Virus record (IMG/VR): IMGVR_UViG_3300025723_000164
Coordinates: 1-24,810 of that record
Length of the DNA stretch: 24,810 nt
Reading direction: 5' to 3' (one strand)
From: a virus
Lineage: Duplodnaviria > Caudoviricetes
The notes under the pieces are model-generated. The model was not told the origin of the DNA, did not search any database, and saw only the letters and a list, made by a program, of their open reading frames with translations. The number at the start of each line of letters is the position of its first letter. Position 1 is the stretch's first letter. The position numbers and the translations under genes were made by a program. Below, one piece after another: positions 16,445-24,810 of the stretch.

Positions 16445-16614
16445 TTTTTATCCTTTTGTTCAACATGCCACTTACATAAATCTTTATAGTATAATATTTC
16501 TTTTTCCAAATCAGAAACCCGATTTGATAACTGTAAATTTACTTCTGGACTATTTGGTCTGAAACAATAACCCCAAGTCATACCAAAAACAAAAGCACAT
16601 AATAATTCTATCAT
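16441..16614 (-). CDS. Small hypothetical protein (57 aa, MIELLCAFVFGMTWG...)
   Basis: Read manually; exactly fills the gap with ATGA overlaps at both ends. Confidence 0.6.
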   Translation of the reverse strand: MIELLCAFVFGMTWGYCFRPNSPEVNLQLSNRVSDLEKEILYYKDLCKWHVEQKDKK

Positions 16615-17213
16615 AATTCTTTCACCTGTTCTATCATAGTTTGAATCTTTTCTTGCCTTTCTAGAATACAGAAAAACAATTTCAATGTATTCAGAGCATC
16701 CACATCAGCACGATGAGGTTCTCCATCAAACTTCATTTTAAAGGTATTCATTGCAGACCTCAAGCCACCGACCGGACGTTTACCATTTGCCAGCAATCTC
16801 AATACATACCAGGTCTTAACATCGATCCAACGATGACCAAAGAATGGAAAAGTAATATTTCTATCTAACATTTCCTTCTTCAACTCAACTGAATCTCCAC
16901 CACCCCAAGTAACAGGATTAACGAATGGTTTATATAGTTTCATCATATCAGCAAACTCTATGGCAAACTGCTGGTGAGTTACCGACTTGGTAACCACATC
17001 TATATCAGTAATGCCGGTTAGATTGGTGATAAATGGAAAGATAGGTTCATGTGGATCAAAATACCACTTGTGAGTAATGAAATTATTGTTGATGTAATTA
17101 GCATAGTTACCAATAGCCACACCCACCTGAATAATCGGTGGGTTGGGTGTAGATCCATCTTCGGCATTGTTAAGTTCCAAATCAAGTGCTAAGTATACAT
17201 CATTTCTGTTCAT
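16611..17213 (-). CDS. DEDDh-family 3'-5' exonuclease
   Basis: LALDLE, IIQVG, ITNLTGIT, TWGGGD, WIDVK and HRADVDALNT. The likely start is MNRNDVY at 17213. Confidence 0.88.
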   Translation of the reverse strand: MNRNDVYLALDLELNNAEDGSTPNPPIIQVGVAIGNYANYINNNFITHKWYFDPHEPIFPFITNLTGITDIDVVTKSVTHQQFAIEFADMMKLYKPFVNPVTWGGGDSVELKKEMLDRNITFPFFGHRWIDVKTWYVLRLLANGKRPVGGLRSAMNTFKMKFDGEPHRADVDALNTLKLFFCILERQEKIQTMIEQVKEL

Positions 17214-17355
17214 TTCGTTTCTTCTCATCACCAAATAGATTAAACTTCACCTGCATGCCTAATCCATTCTGTTCGACAGTAAACCATTCCACCTCGGTAA
17301 AATGTTCTACCAATTTATTCAATTTTTTTAACTGTTTACGATTTAATGCGATCAT
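17200..17355 (-). CDS. Small hypothetical protein (51 aa, MIALNRKQLKKL...)
   Basis: Read manually; fills the gap with overlapping start and stop codons. Confidence 0.55.
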   Translation of the reverse strand: MIALNRKQLKKLNKLVEHFTEVEWFTVEQNGLGMQVKFNLFGDEKKRNEQK

Positions 17356-17555
17356 GATTTTTCTGACAATTTAGCTAACAATATTCTAATTTGATTATTC
17401 AACTTAGTAATTTCTACTGACTGTTTATCTACGGTTTTAAAAAGGTAATGTATCCATTCTTCATGTGACATAGGACCTTGTGTTTTCATTTTTATTTCTT
17501 TTGCTTCTTGAAGAATATCATAATCTTCTTGGCTAATATGTCTTGTTACCATCAT
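17352..17555 (-). CDS. Hypothetical protein
   Basis: 67-aa ORF coupled to its neighbours. Confidence 0.6.
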   Translation of the reverse strand: MMVTRHISQEDYDILQEAKEIKMKTQGPMSHEEWIHYLFKTVDKQSVEITKLNNQIRILLAKLSEKS

Positions 17556-18448
17556 ACCTCCAAATATTGTATTTGAAATTCTTTTGCTCGTTGTTCATAC
17601 TTAACATAACCACGAGGATTACAAACCACTCTTGTATCACCAATCATATAATCAGATTGGTTGTGCATATGACCATGAGTCCACAATTTAATCTGTGGTC
17701 GATCCATAATCAATTCAGATAAGTCGGATGCAAAAGCACCATTCATCAATGTATCACCTTTATAATATTCAGCGATACTCTCATGTGTTGGTGCATGATG
17801 TGTTACAACTACAAACTTTTTACCTCTATCACCAACCGCAAGCTTGATGTAATCTACCATCTTATCGTGATCTTGAATGGAATCTTCTACCGAGAACCTA
17901 GATGCCTTCTCATAGTGGTCAACTCTCTCAACAACTAGATTACCTTCAGCGTCTTTCAAGTGCATACCTGAACCATCAGGATTCTTGGCATAAACTCTAT
18001 TAGTGTGATGTGTCATTCTATTGCTATTGTTAATCAATTGAAAGTCATTCATCCTTTGGCCACAATGCCATCTAGTCAATGAATCATCTTTATTCATATC
18101 GGTCCACAATGTACCACCAACAAAGGTAATATCATCCAATTCAAAACATTCCTTCTCCAATAAATGAATATTAGGAAAAGGCAATAACTCAAACTTTAAC
18201 CTATCATAGGTATCACGAATATCAAAATCATAATGTTCATGATTACCCATTACATATACGGTTTGTGGAAACTGAAAAGAAACTCTCTTAAAGAAATCTC
18301 TAACCAACCCACGATCTTTTGGTTTGTGTTTGAATACTTTAGCTGTGCAGATATCACCACTCAGGATCAAAACATCGGCCTGTTGTTCATTCTTTAAAAT
18401 AATATCACCAAACTCAAGGTGTATATCTGAAGCTAAAGCAATTTTCAT
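17552..18448 (-). CDS. Calcineurin-like metallophosphoesterase
   Basis: SDIH, SGD, GNHEHY, VTHHAP, HGHMH and NPRGY motifs. Confidence 0.92.
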   Translation of the reverse strand: MKIALASDIHLEFGDIILKNEQQADVLILSGDICTAKVFKHKPKDRGLVRDFFKRVSFQFPQTVYVMGNHEHYDFDIRDTYDRLKFELLPFPNIHLLEKECFELDDITFVGGTLWTDMNKDDSLTRWHCGQRMNDFQLINNSNRMTHHTNRVYAKNPDGSGMHLKDAEGNLVVERVDHYEKASRFSVEDSIQDHDKMVDYIKLAVGDRGKKFVVVTHHAPTHESIAEYYKGDTLMNGAFASDLSELIMDRPQIKLWTHGHMHNQSDYMIGDTRVVCNPRGYVKYEQRAKEFQIQYLEV

Positions 18449-18684
18449 TAGTGTAATACTCCCTTATGTTCTTGTTCGTTTAATATTTTTTGTGGTGCTT
18501 CTAACAATTTAAGAAAATCTTGTTCATACTCACCTTGTTTTGATAACCAAGTCAATCGTGATAATATAACCGCTGTCAGATTTAATGGTGGCATTTCATA
18601 GGCACTCAACCATTTAAATAGGGCTTTATCAATATCGTATGCTAATTCTTCCAACATACCATCAGATTCAATCGTTGCCATCAT
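18448..18684 (-). CDS. Hypothetical protein
   Basis: 78-aa ORF, translationally coupled. Confidence 0.6.
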   Translation of the reverse strand: MMATIESDGMLEELAYDIDKALFKWLSAYEMPPLNLTAVILSRLTWLSKQGEYEQDFLKLLEAPQKILNEQEHKGVLH

Positions 18685-18887
18685 TTCTCCATAATATATT
18701 TTAATACCAAATTCGCTTCAAACAAATCGGATTTTAACACAGCTTCATCAACATAAGCAAGCGAAAACTGATGCAATTCTTGTACTTGCATAAAATCTAC
18801 CATAAACTTGGATGCTTCTTCCTTAGTAGTGAATGTTTTAACAGGATTACCGCCAATGTTTACTGTATAGGTTTTATTCTCAGGCAT
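18681..18887 (-). CDS. Hypothetical protein
   Basis: The likely start is MPENK at 18887, overlapping the stop of the upstream small ORF. Confidence 0.55.
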   Translation of the reverse strand: MPENKTYTVNIGGNPVKTFTTKEEASKFMVDFMQVQELHQFSLAYVDEAVLKSDLFEANLVLKYIMEK

Positions 18888-19023
18888 ATTGTTCTTCCAA
18901 TACCACATATTCAATATACAAATTATCCAATTCTTCATCGGACATCTTAACCAAACTATCGGTAGAAAAGTAACCTTTAACCGATAACATTAACATAATA
19001 TCTTGTCGTGAAATGTGATCCAT
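18880..19023 (-). CDS. Small acidic hypothetical protein (47 aa, MDHISRQDIML...)
   Basis: Read manually; TAATG overlap with the upstream gene. Confidence 0.55.
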   Translation of the reverse strand: MDHISRQDIMLMLSVKGYFSTDSLVKMSDEELDNLYIEYVVLEEQYA

Positions 19024-19730
19024 TATACTGTTTCCTTTTCTACTTTAATGATTGAATCTAAACGAAAACTTCTCCAACCTTCAGCAATCAAATCGTACAC
19101 AGGTAATACCTCATTAGATACTGCACGAACTTGCTCATTGATTCGTTTTGTTTCATGCACCTTTTGTGGAATTAATTCTTTGTTCAAGGTACATTTCATG
19201 GTTCTTTCCGAACCATCATTTTTGATAAATGTTACCGTTGCAATGTTTTCTTGTAACAAAGATTTTACTTCGTCAATGGATTGAAAATTAATTTCTTCCG
19301 ATTCTTTTCCACAAAACTTAGTAAACTCTTTTAAATTGCCTTTGAAGATATTCTCGTGAGTATCACCACTCACACCAAAGAAATTACATCCACAATTATA
19401 TACTTCAACATATAAACCTTTACCACTATCATAGATGTGGTATTCATAATCTTGGCCACAATCGGTAACATCAACTGGATGAATATAGAAACCCCCCGGT
19501 GTTTGTTTAAAGTGAGCAACCATCTGCGCTGCCAAACAACCCATGCCGTTAAACTGTAATGTTTTACTACCAACACCCAGTCCATTAACCATTGTACCTG
19601 AACTGAGGAATTCTGCCAACTCAGCACCATGACCTTCAGGATATCCATCAAACTGGCGGTACATATTAACTACTGGCTTCTGTACTTGGCCATATTTTTC
19701 GTATACAAATGTAAGTGACCGTGTTCCCAT
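19023..19730 (-). CDS. Two-domain protein: conserved phage DGYP-motif domain plus a C-terminal WYL-like (SH3-fold) domain
   Basis: N-terminal MGTRSLT...YRQFDGYPEGHG...GMGCLAAQ; C-terminal VTFIKNDGSERTMKCTL...YDLIAEGWRSFRLDSI. Confidence 0.7.
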   Translation of the reverse strand: MGTRSLTFVYEKYGQVQKPVVNMYRQFDGYPEGHGAELAEFLSSGTMVNGLGVGSKTLQFNGMGCLAAQMVAHFKQTPGGFYIHPVDVTDCGQDYEYHIYDSGKGLYVEVYNCGCNFFGVSGDTHENIFKGNLKEFTKFCGKESEEINFQSIDEVKSLLQENIATVTFIKNDGSERTMKCTLNKELIPQKVHETKRINEQVRAVSNEVLPVYDLIAEGWRSFRLDSIIKVEKETV

Positions 19731-19765
19731 AATATATTCTCTCTCTTAATCGATTCAATACAACC

Positions 19766-19825
19766 ATTATACAGGTACCACGGAGAACCACAAGCGTTAT
19801 TTTCAAAACGTTGTTTTTAAGCAAC
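19766..19825 (-). promoter_or_regulatory. Repeated early promoter with upstream palindrome (copy 1)
   Basis: GCTTGTGG...GGTACCTG-TATAAT-GGT, plus GTTG-N8-CAAC at 19810-19825. Confidence 0.7.
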
Positions 19826-20035
19826 AATCTGGAGCTTTCCAATGCCAGTATACTCCTCGATTGCATGTTTCAACTGCTTAGGAGACGCCTTAGGTGCAAT
19901 GAACACATAGTCGAGAGCAGGATCAACCAAATCATCGTTCAGCACCTTATTAAGATACAGTACAGCATCAAGGCCATTGGTAAATTCTTTGAGGCCGTTA
20001 TTATTGAATAGTGATGGCTTGGCAATATATTTCAT
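19817..20035 (-). CDS. Hypothetical protein
   Basis: 72-aa ORF. Confidence 0.6.
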   Translation of the reverse strand: MKYIAKPSLFNNNGLKEFTNGLDAVLYLNKVLNDDLVDPALDYVFIAPKASPKQLKHAIEEYTGIGKLQIVA

Positions 20036-20208
20036 TATTTTCTTTTTCTCATATTATTAGCTTTTGCAAGCATTTCAATTAACATTTCAATTTGTTGCTC
20101 TAAGTCATGAATGGCTTTAGCTTGTTCACGAACTTTTTGAATTAAAGAATGACCAGTTAAATCATCAACATCCAAATCTAAGACTGCTGCGAGTTCTTCC
20201 TGTGTCAT
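20035..20208 (-). CDS. Small coiled-coil hypothetical protein (57 aa, MTQEELAAVL...)
   Basis: Read manually; coupled at both ends. Confidence 0.55.
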   Translation of the reverse strand: MTQEELAAVLDLDVDDLTGHSLIQKVREQAKAIHDLEQQIEMLIEMLAKANNMRKRK

Positions 20209-20591
20209 TTCTTCGAGCCTTTAATAATTGGTACTGGTTTGAAATTTTCTGTTTCAATACCAAATAACGATGGACGACCAGCACCCTGATTGGATGTTTT
20301 GCCACCACAACCATACTCATCACAACCATTATGTTGTTGTTGAATCATTGCAGCCAATTCTTCATTCAGCATCTTATTCTCACGGACAATATCCATGATG
20401 GGTCCCTCGTACAATGCCCATAACTTATTAAATTTCAATTCATACATTGCAGCTAAACCATTCAAAGCATTGGTTGTGTCATCAATACTTAAAAGGTCTA
20501 ACTCTGTAATTGCTTCAGACACTTCTTTAATATCATCGGTAACATTCCAACATTTTAGAATCTGTTGTTCATAATCAAAATAATCACTCAT
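20205..20591 (-). CDS. Hypothetical protein
   Basis: FDYEQQILKCWNVTDDI...YELKFNKLW; the likely start is MSDYF at 20591 with a GGAG RBS. Confidence 0.65.
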   Translation of the reverse strand: MSDYFDYEQQILKCWNVTDDIKEVSEAITELDLLSIDDTTNALNGLAAMYELKFNKLWALYEGPIMDIVRENKMLNEELAAMIQQQHNGCDEYGCGGKTSNQGAGRPSLFGIETENFKPVPIIKGSKK

Positions 20592-20763
20592 CAATATCTC
20601 CACTCGTAGTTAATTCGGTTGAACCTACTAGGAACTGTCCTGTATTCTGTCCATCTAATGCATCATTTAAGGCATTCCAAATTTCATCACGATCTAATTC
20701 AAAACCAAAGTTGGTCATGAGTGTTGCAGTAAACTTTATTTCAACTCTCTGAAATTCATTCAT
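20584..20763 (-). CDS. Small hypothetical protein (59 aa, MNEFQRVEIKF...)
   Basis: Read manually; coupled at both ends. Confidence 0.55.
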   Translation of the reverse strand: MNEFQRVEIKFTATLMTNFGFELDRDEIWNALNDALDGQNTGQFLVGSTELTTSGDIDE

Positions 20764-20930
20764 TTCTTTGCCTTTTTCTTTGGGTTAAACGATTCATTTT
20801 TAATGGCCTCTTTCAACATAGCAATCATGCCCCATTGCATAAGCAATTCAAGGCCTTCCTTGTCGAAATGAATAGTGGCATCAGCAGAACCGTCCTTATA
20901 TTCTTTAATAACTTCAACTTCAAGCTCCAT
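20760..20930 (-). CDS. Small hypothetical protein (56 aa, MELEVEVIKEYKDGSADA...)
   Basis: Read manually; ATGA overlap with the downstream ORF. Confidence 0.55.
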   Translation of the reverse strand: MELEVEVIKEYKDGSADATIHFDKEGLELLMQWGMIAMLKEAIKNESFNPKKKAKK

Positions 20931-21021
20931 CATCATCTTTCATTTTATTTTTCATGTAAAGGCTGGTAATAATTGCATATGCAACAATAATAATAAAACC
21001 TAATATAAGATATTTCATATT

Positions 21022-21756
21022 TTACCTTTTGAGATAACAGTTTTCATAATAGTATCTCATATCATCTTCATTCCAATATTTGTTCCAATCATCGTTGCGC
21101 TCAGCACAATCATCCGAATGATACCAATTTGCATTTAGAATATTTGGATACAATCTACTCAACAATTTAATTCTATCTAAGTTGGAAGATCCATTTTCTT
21201 TCAGAAACAAAAATTCTTTAGCTATATCATATTTTAATGAAGTTAAACTTTCACAATCATCTTGTATTTCATCTAAGTCATTCCATTCCAATTTAAACCA
21301 TTCTTTACCAATCCTTTGTTTTTTATATTTTGTATGTAAATACTTTTCCAACATTTTTGGATAATACACCCAATCAGATTCGTATATAATTTTTAAACTT
21401 TTCCAATGTGAACTATTTAATTGCGATAAACGATTTTTAACTGAACTAACAGTATAACCAATCTTAACTGGTTCATCAAAACAATCTTCTTCATCTTCGG
21501 TGGTAACACCAATAATATACACTTGGCCCATTTCCTCATCACTAGCCAAATCTTTAGGCATATGGCCATATTTTGGAGTAATTATATTTTGTTGCTCTGT
21601 ATATACTTTATAATTTGGTGATAAACCTTCTTTGTGGGCTTTTCGCTTTTCATCGGTACATCCTCTGCATGACATGTAGCCATATTTTATAGATGCTGGA
21701 TAAAAGTCTTTAGCTAACAAAGTTCCTTTGCAATGTTCACATTTATATTTTAACAT
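21022..21756 (-). CDS. GIY-YIG superfamily (T5orf172/MUG113-like) protein with an N-terminal Zn ribbon
   Basis: CEHC...CRGC; QVYIIG...VKIGYT...RLSQLN...LEKYLH...EWFKL. Confidence 0.75.
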   Translation of the reverse strand: MLKYKCEHCKGTLLAKDFYPASIKYGYMSCRGCTDEKRKAHKEGLSPNYKVYTEQQNIITPKYGHMPKDLASDEEMGQVYIIGVTTEDEEDCFDEPVKIGYTVSSVKNRLSQLNSSHWKSLKIIYESDWVYYPKMLEKYLHTKYKKQRIGKEWFKLEWNDLDEIQDDCESLTSLKYDIAKEFLFLKENGSSNLDRIKLLSRLYPNILNANWYHSDDCAERNDDWNKYWNEDDMRYYYENCYLKR

Positions 21757-21810
21757 ATGATGGTGTCCTCGACTTACTGGCGTTTCACAACGAGCATGCG
21801 GTGACTTAGA

Positions 21811-22158
21811 TTAAACTGGTACTGTTACGGCTTGTGTAAATGATTCGTCTGTGGATTGCTTGGCAACACCACTCGGCGATTTTACTGCTGCACCAATATA
21901 ACGACCATCTTTGTTGAACTCTGTGAAGTTAACCAATTGATAACCAGTTACCTTACGACCAGATTTAAGAACCTTCACAATACCACCATCTTTACGAATG
22001 TTGTAGATATTGGTACTCAAACGATACAATACTTTCTCTTGGTCAGTACCTTTGAAACACTCAGCAATTTCTTGTGGTGAAACTGGTTTGCCTGAAAGCA
22101 ATACAATAGTAATTTTCTCATGACGGTTTACTTTACCTTTGCGCACTGTTAATGCCAT
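21811..22158 (-). CDS. Basic hypothetical protein, possibly a winged-helix DNA-binding protein
   Basis: LLSGKPVSPQEIA...LSTNIYNIRKDG...GYQLV; AAGGA RBS; first gene behind the promoter at 22214-22242. Confidence 0.6.
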   Translation of the reverse strand: MALTVRKGKVNRHEKITIVLLSGKPVSPQEIAECFKGTDQEKVLYRLSTNIYNIRKDGGIVKVLKSGRKVTGYQLVNFTEFNKDGRYIGAAVKSPSGVAKQSTDESFTQAVTVPV

Positions 22159-22213
22159 TTTAAATCCTTTTCAAATTAAACATAATTAAACTTCTGATAC
22201 CGCTACACCAACC

Positions 22214-22242
22214 ATTATACAGGTATGCCAATTGAATGGCAA
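22214..22242 (-). promoter_or_regulatory. Repeated early promoter (copy 2)
   Basis: TTGCCA-N17-TATAAT, sharing TACCTGTATAATGGT with the other two copies. Confidence 0.75.
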
Positions 22243-22263
22243 CCTATACTTGGTTGTTTACCA

Positions 22264-23454
22264 TTATGGTTGCCAGCTGGCTTTCATATCAGCAGGTACT
22301 TCGGTTACCACTGCAGTGGTGCTTGTATTAGCAGGAGATTCCACGGAGGCATCCACTTTAGAATACAAATCTAAGAAAGCCATTTTAGTTTCTTCGTCAA
22401 AACGATTGACACATAATGTAATTGCTTTCATCTTATCTTTGAAGATAGTAAATGCTTTGGCAATATGTACCAACCTACGAGTGGAGATAATCTCATCAGT
22501 AGCACCTTCTTCATAAGATTTACGAACCACATCAGCCCATTGGCAAAGATTCTCAACAAAATCCTTATCTGCAATTAATGGAGTTAGGATCTTTTTCTCA
22601 GTCTTAGCATCAGGGAATTCCTGTTCTACCGTGATTGGAAACCGCTCTAGGAACGCATCATCTAAAATCTGTGATAGATACTTGCCCTCATCACTACCAC
22701 GACCTTTGGTGTTGGCCGTAGCGATGATATTAAAGCCATCTTTTGGATATACCATTTCACCAGATTTCTTATTATAGTGAGGTTTGCCTTCCATAATACC
22801 CTGCAAACACATCAACTTATTAGAACCACGGTCCACTTCGTCAATCAATAGAACTGCGCCACGCTTCATGGCAACTAATACAGGACCATCACGATTAACC
22901 ACATTACCATTAACCAATGTAGGACCACCGAGTAAATCAGACTCATCAGTTTCAACCGAGATATTCACTCGGATACATTCACGACCTAATTCAGCACATA
23001 CTTGCTCAACCATTAAGGTCTTGCCGTTGCCTGATAATCCGGTAATGAATACAGGATAGAATTGTTTAGAACTAATAATGTTCTTCATATCTTTGAAGAA
23101 ACCAAATGGTACATAATCGGGCCATTTCGATGGCACAGCAGGTTCAGATTCATCTACCAATCTTGGTTGGCGGAACTCCAACACTTGTGCTGGTTGTGCA
23201 TAGGCCATTTCTGCTTCTGGTTCTTTAACTTTACAATCAGCATCATTTAACTTTACAATCTTTTCACCACTTGCTGGTACTCTATACTGACCACGGTCAT
23301 AACGATATTCAGCCTTGGTAACTAACCAAAATGGATACGGTGCACCAGATTCATTACATACTTGGGTAATGCCATCACGAGTAACAACGGCATTTTTACC
23401 AAATCGTTGTTCACACGCAACAACAAACTGCTTAGCATTTTTATTCATAATCAT
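22264..23454 (-). CDS. MoxR/CobS-type AAA+ ATPase
   Basis: Walker A GLSGNGKT, Walker B LLIDEVD, ATANTKG, LDDAFLERF and ISTRRLVHI; matches the CobS-like ATPase of T4-like phages. Confidence 0.9.
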   Translation of the reverse strand: MIMNKNAKQFVVACEQRFGKNAVVTRDGITQVCNESGAPYPFWLVTKAEYRYDRGQYRVPASGEKIVKLNDADCKVKEPEAEMAYAQPAQVLEFRQPRLVDESEPAVPSKWPDYVPFGFFKDMKNIISSKQFYPVFITGLSGNGKTLMVEQVCAELGRECIRVNISVETDESDLLGGPTLVNGNVVNRDGPVLVAMKRGAVLLIDEVDRGSNKLMCLQGIMEGKPHYNKKSGEMVYPKDGFNIIATANTKGRGSDEGKYLSQILDDAFLERFPITVEQEFPDAKTEKKILTPLIADKDFVENLCQWADVVRKSYEEGATDEIISTRRLVHIAKAFTIFKDKMKAITLCVNRFDEETKMAFLDLYSKVDASVESPANTSTTAVVTEVPADMKASWQP

Positions 23455-23624
23455 CCTTTAAATGATGTCATCCACAATTTTAAAATATTTACTGATTCAC
23501 TCTTAGTGAGTCCAAATTCCTCTTGAATATATGGTGATGCACCAAACATATTGGTTACACCAGATAATCTTAACTCATCGAGATATTCAAAATATTCACT
23601 ATAATCAATTTCTTGATCTATCAT
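23451..23624 (-). CDS. Small conserved phage protein (57 aa)
   Basis: Read manually; contains YLDELRLSGVTNMFGASPY. Confidence 0.65.
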   Translation of the reverse strand: MIDQEIDYSEYFEYLDELRLSGVTNMFGASPYIQEEFGLTKSESVNILKLWMTSFKG

Positions 23625-23625
23625 A

Positions 23626-23841
23626 TTAATCCAATAAAACCATATACTCAGCAGGGAAAAACTCCCTGAACCAATTCAAGCCTGCTCGTAGTCCGGCATA
23701 ATCACCGAAAATCTCACAACCTTTTAATGTATCATAAACTGCTACTGCTTCAGGTGTCAGCAAACACTGCTCACCACTAAATGGGTTGGTAATCATTTCT
23801 GATTCAGAACCAATCATAATATCTTTATACGGCAACTTCAT
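23626..23841 (-). CDS. Conserved phage hypothetical protein
   Basis: NPFSGE...AVAVYD...WFREFFPAEYMVLLD; AAGGAG RBS. Confidence 0.7.
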   Translation of the reverse strand: MKLPYKDIMIGSESEMITNPFSGEQCLLTPEAVAVYDTLKGCEIFGDYAGLRAGLNWFREFFPAEYMVLLD

Positions 23842-23871
23842 ATAATCTCCTTGTTCTCAACTGATACGACC

Positions 23872-23932
23872 ATTATACAGGTACCATGGAATACCACAAG
23901 CACTATTTTGCAGACTGTTGTTTTGGTACAAC
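23872..23932 (-). promoter_or_regulatory. Repeated early promoter with upstream palindrome (copy 3)
   Basis: GCTTGTGG...GGTACCTG-TATAAT-GGT, plus GTTG-N8-CAAC at 23917-23932. Confidence 0.7.
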
Positions 23933-23939
23933 ACACACC

Positions 23940-24033
23940 ACTATCTACACTTTTGTTGACAAAACCAGTGACTATTTACACTTCCGTTGACATTTTGAGC
24001 GTTTTGGCGCCACTATTAACACTTTTGTTGACA
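23940..24033. repeat. Three 22-bp imperfect direct repeats
   Basis: ACTATCTACACTTTTGTTGACA (23940), ACTATTTACACTTCCGTTGACA (23971) and ACTATTAACACTTTTGTTGACA (24012). Confidence 0.85.
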
Positions 24034-24036
24034 CCC

Positions 24037-24267
24037 TCAGGTATAGAAGGTGTCCAAGACCATTGGTACTGGGTCGCCAGTCAAACCAAAGCGCTTGGAA
24101 TCAGCGACCACACCAGCAATCTTATCTTCGTATCGGTCATCCCAAGCACCACGCTCTTTAAGTAGTTCTACGCATTGTGCTTCATTCTCAGCAATAACCG
24201 TCCATGTGCCACCATATTCAGAGGATGGGAATGGTACCCAATAACTACCAATGTAAATATTCATCAT
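24037..24267 (-). CDS. Conserved phage hypothetical protein
   Basis: YWVPFPSSEYGG motif; 76 aa. Confidence 0.7.
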   Translation of the reverse strand: MMNIYIGSYWVPFPSSEYGGTWTVIAENEAQCVELLKERGAWDDRYEDKIAGVVADSKRFGLTGDPVPMVLDTFYT

Positions 24268-24545
24268 TTACTCAGGTGCTTTCTTATTTCTGCATGGCAT
24301 CCACCTAATACTCCTATTGCCATATGGGTTTGTCCTTCTACTAACCAGTCCGATGCTTTATCAATTTCATCCATTAAGAATATGATTAACTCCTTATCAG
24401 TAAGGGTTTTTTCCATTCTACTATTATCTCTATAACACATGAGTAATTCTACCAGTTCGGCATCTTCTTTGGAAAGATATCGGCCTCTAGTTCGGTTTAA
24501 TACTGTTTCAAGTAAATCGGTGGTGTTAGCTCTTTCAAAATTCAT
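24264..24545 (-). CDS. Hypothetical protein
   Basis: The likely start is MNFER at 24545, with an ATGA overlap. Confidence 0.55.
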   Translation of the reverse strand: MNFERANTTDLLETVLNRTRGRYLSKEDAELVELLMCYRDNSRMEKTLTDKELIIFLMDEIDKASDWLVEGQTHMAIGVLGGCHAEIRKHLSK

Positions 24546-24691
24546 TTCTCTTGTGCCTTTCCGTACCATACTTGCTCAACAACAGTTTTAAGACCAGTTG
24601 TTTCAATTTCATAAACAATTCTATTAACGGAATAAATAAAAATACTAATTGATATTAAAAATACAATAATCATTGCTTTAAATAAACTCAT
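24542..24691 (-). CDS. Small membrane-anchored protein (49 aa, MSLFKAMIIVFLISI...GKAQEK)
   Basis: Read manually; bounded by identical 18-bp junction repeats. Confidence 0.55.
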   Translation of the reverse strand: MSLFKAMIIVFLISISIFIYSVNRIVYEIETTGLKTVVEQVWYGKAQEK

Positions 24692-24810
24692 TTCTCTTGT
24701 GCCTTCTCAATTTCAGATTCAATCAAATTCACCAAACGGTCCACTTTTTGAATTAACTCAATATTGGCTTTCAATACCAACATATCAATTTGTGATTTTG
24801 GTATTGTTAC

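Noticed and set aside
22264-23454. Cobalamin biosynthesis role (cobS)
   Set aside because: Only MoxR-type AAA+ motifs are visible and no cob pathway genes are in the window.
23940-24033. CRISPR mini-array
   Set aside because: The spacers are only 9 and 19 bp, the repeats are degenerate and no cas operon is present.
23851-24165. 104-aa + strand ORF and other antisense or alternate-frame ORFs in the track (e.g. 25-402, 439-855, 12675-13046, 16242-16562)
   Set aside because: They overlap well-supported genes or regulatory repeats and show no recognisable motifs, so they are probably shadow ORFs.

Overview
A 24.8 kb, AT-rich, densely packed segment of a T4-like (myovirus-type) bacteriophage genome. 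Almost all genes are on the - strand. Core T4-like genes are gp32 (ssDNA-binding protein), gp59 (helicase loader), gp33 (late transcription co-activator), PhoH, a PD-(D/E)XK exonuclease and a MoxR/CobS-type AAA+ ATPase. A truncated + strand gene at the left edge is probably a baseplate/tail protein, and the right half is mostly short early ORFs. The standout feature is a six-gene cassette (6171-10881) between phoH and the exonuclease. It encodes a radical SAM/SPASM enzyme, a 327-aa protein whose core has 21 Cys (17 as Asn-Cys) and which sits behind a late-promoter-like motif, an EF-hand-loop protein and three 2OG-Fe(II) oxygenase-like proteins. This looks like a phage-encoded RiPP-like post-translational modification system, possibly acting on a virion or membrane-displayed protein. 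Other notable signals are a PurD-like ATP-grasp ligase, nested sigma70/late promoters, a repeated early promoter with a GTTG-N8-CAAC palindrome, three helically phased 22-bp direct repeats, a structured leader before the cell-wall hydrolase and a tandem-repeat gene 32 leader. All product calls come from motif recognition by eye; no searches were run.
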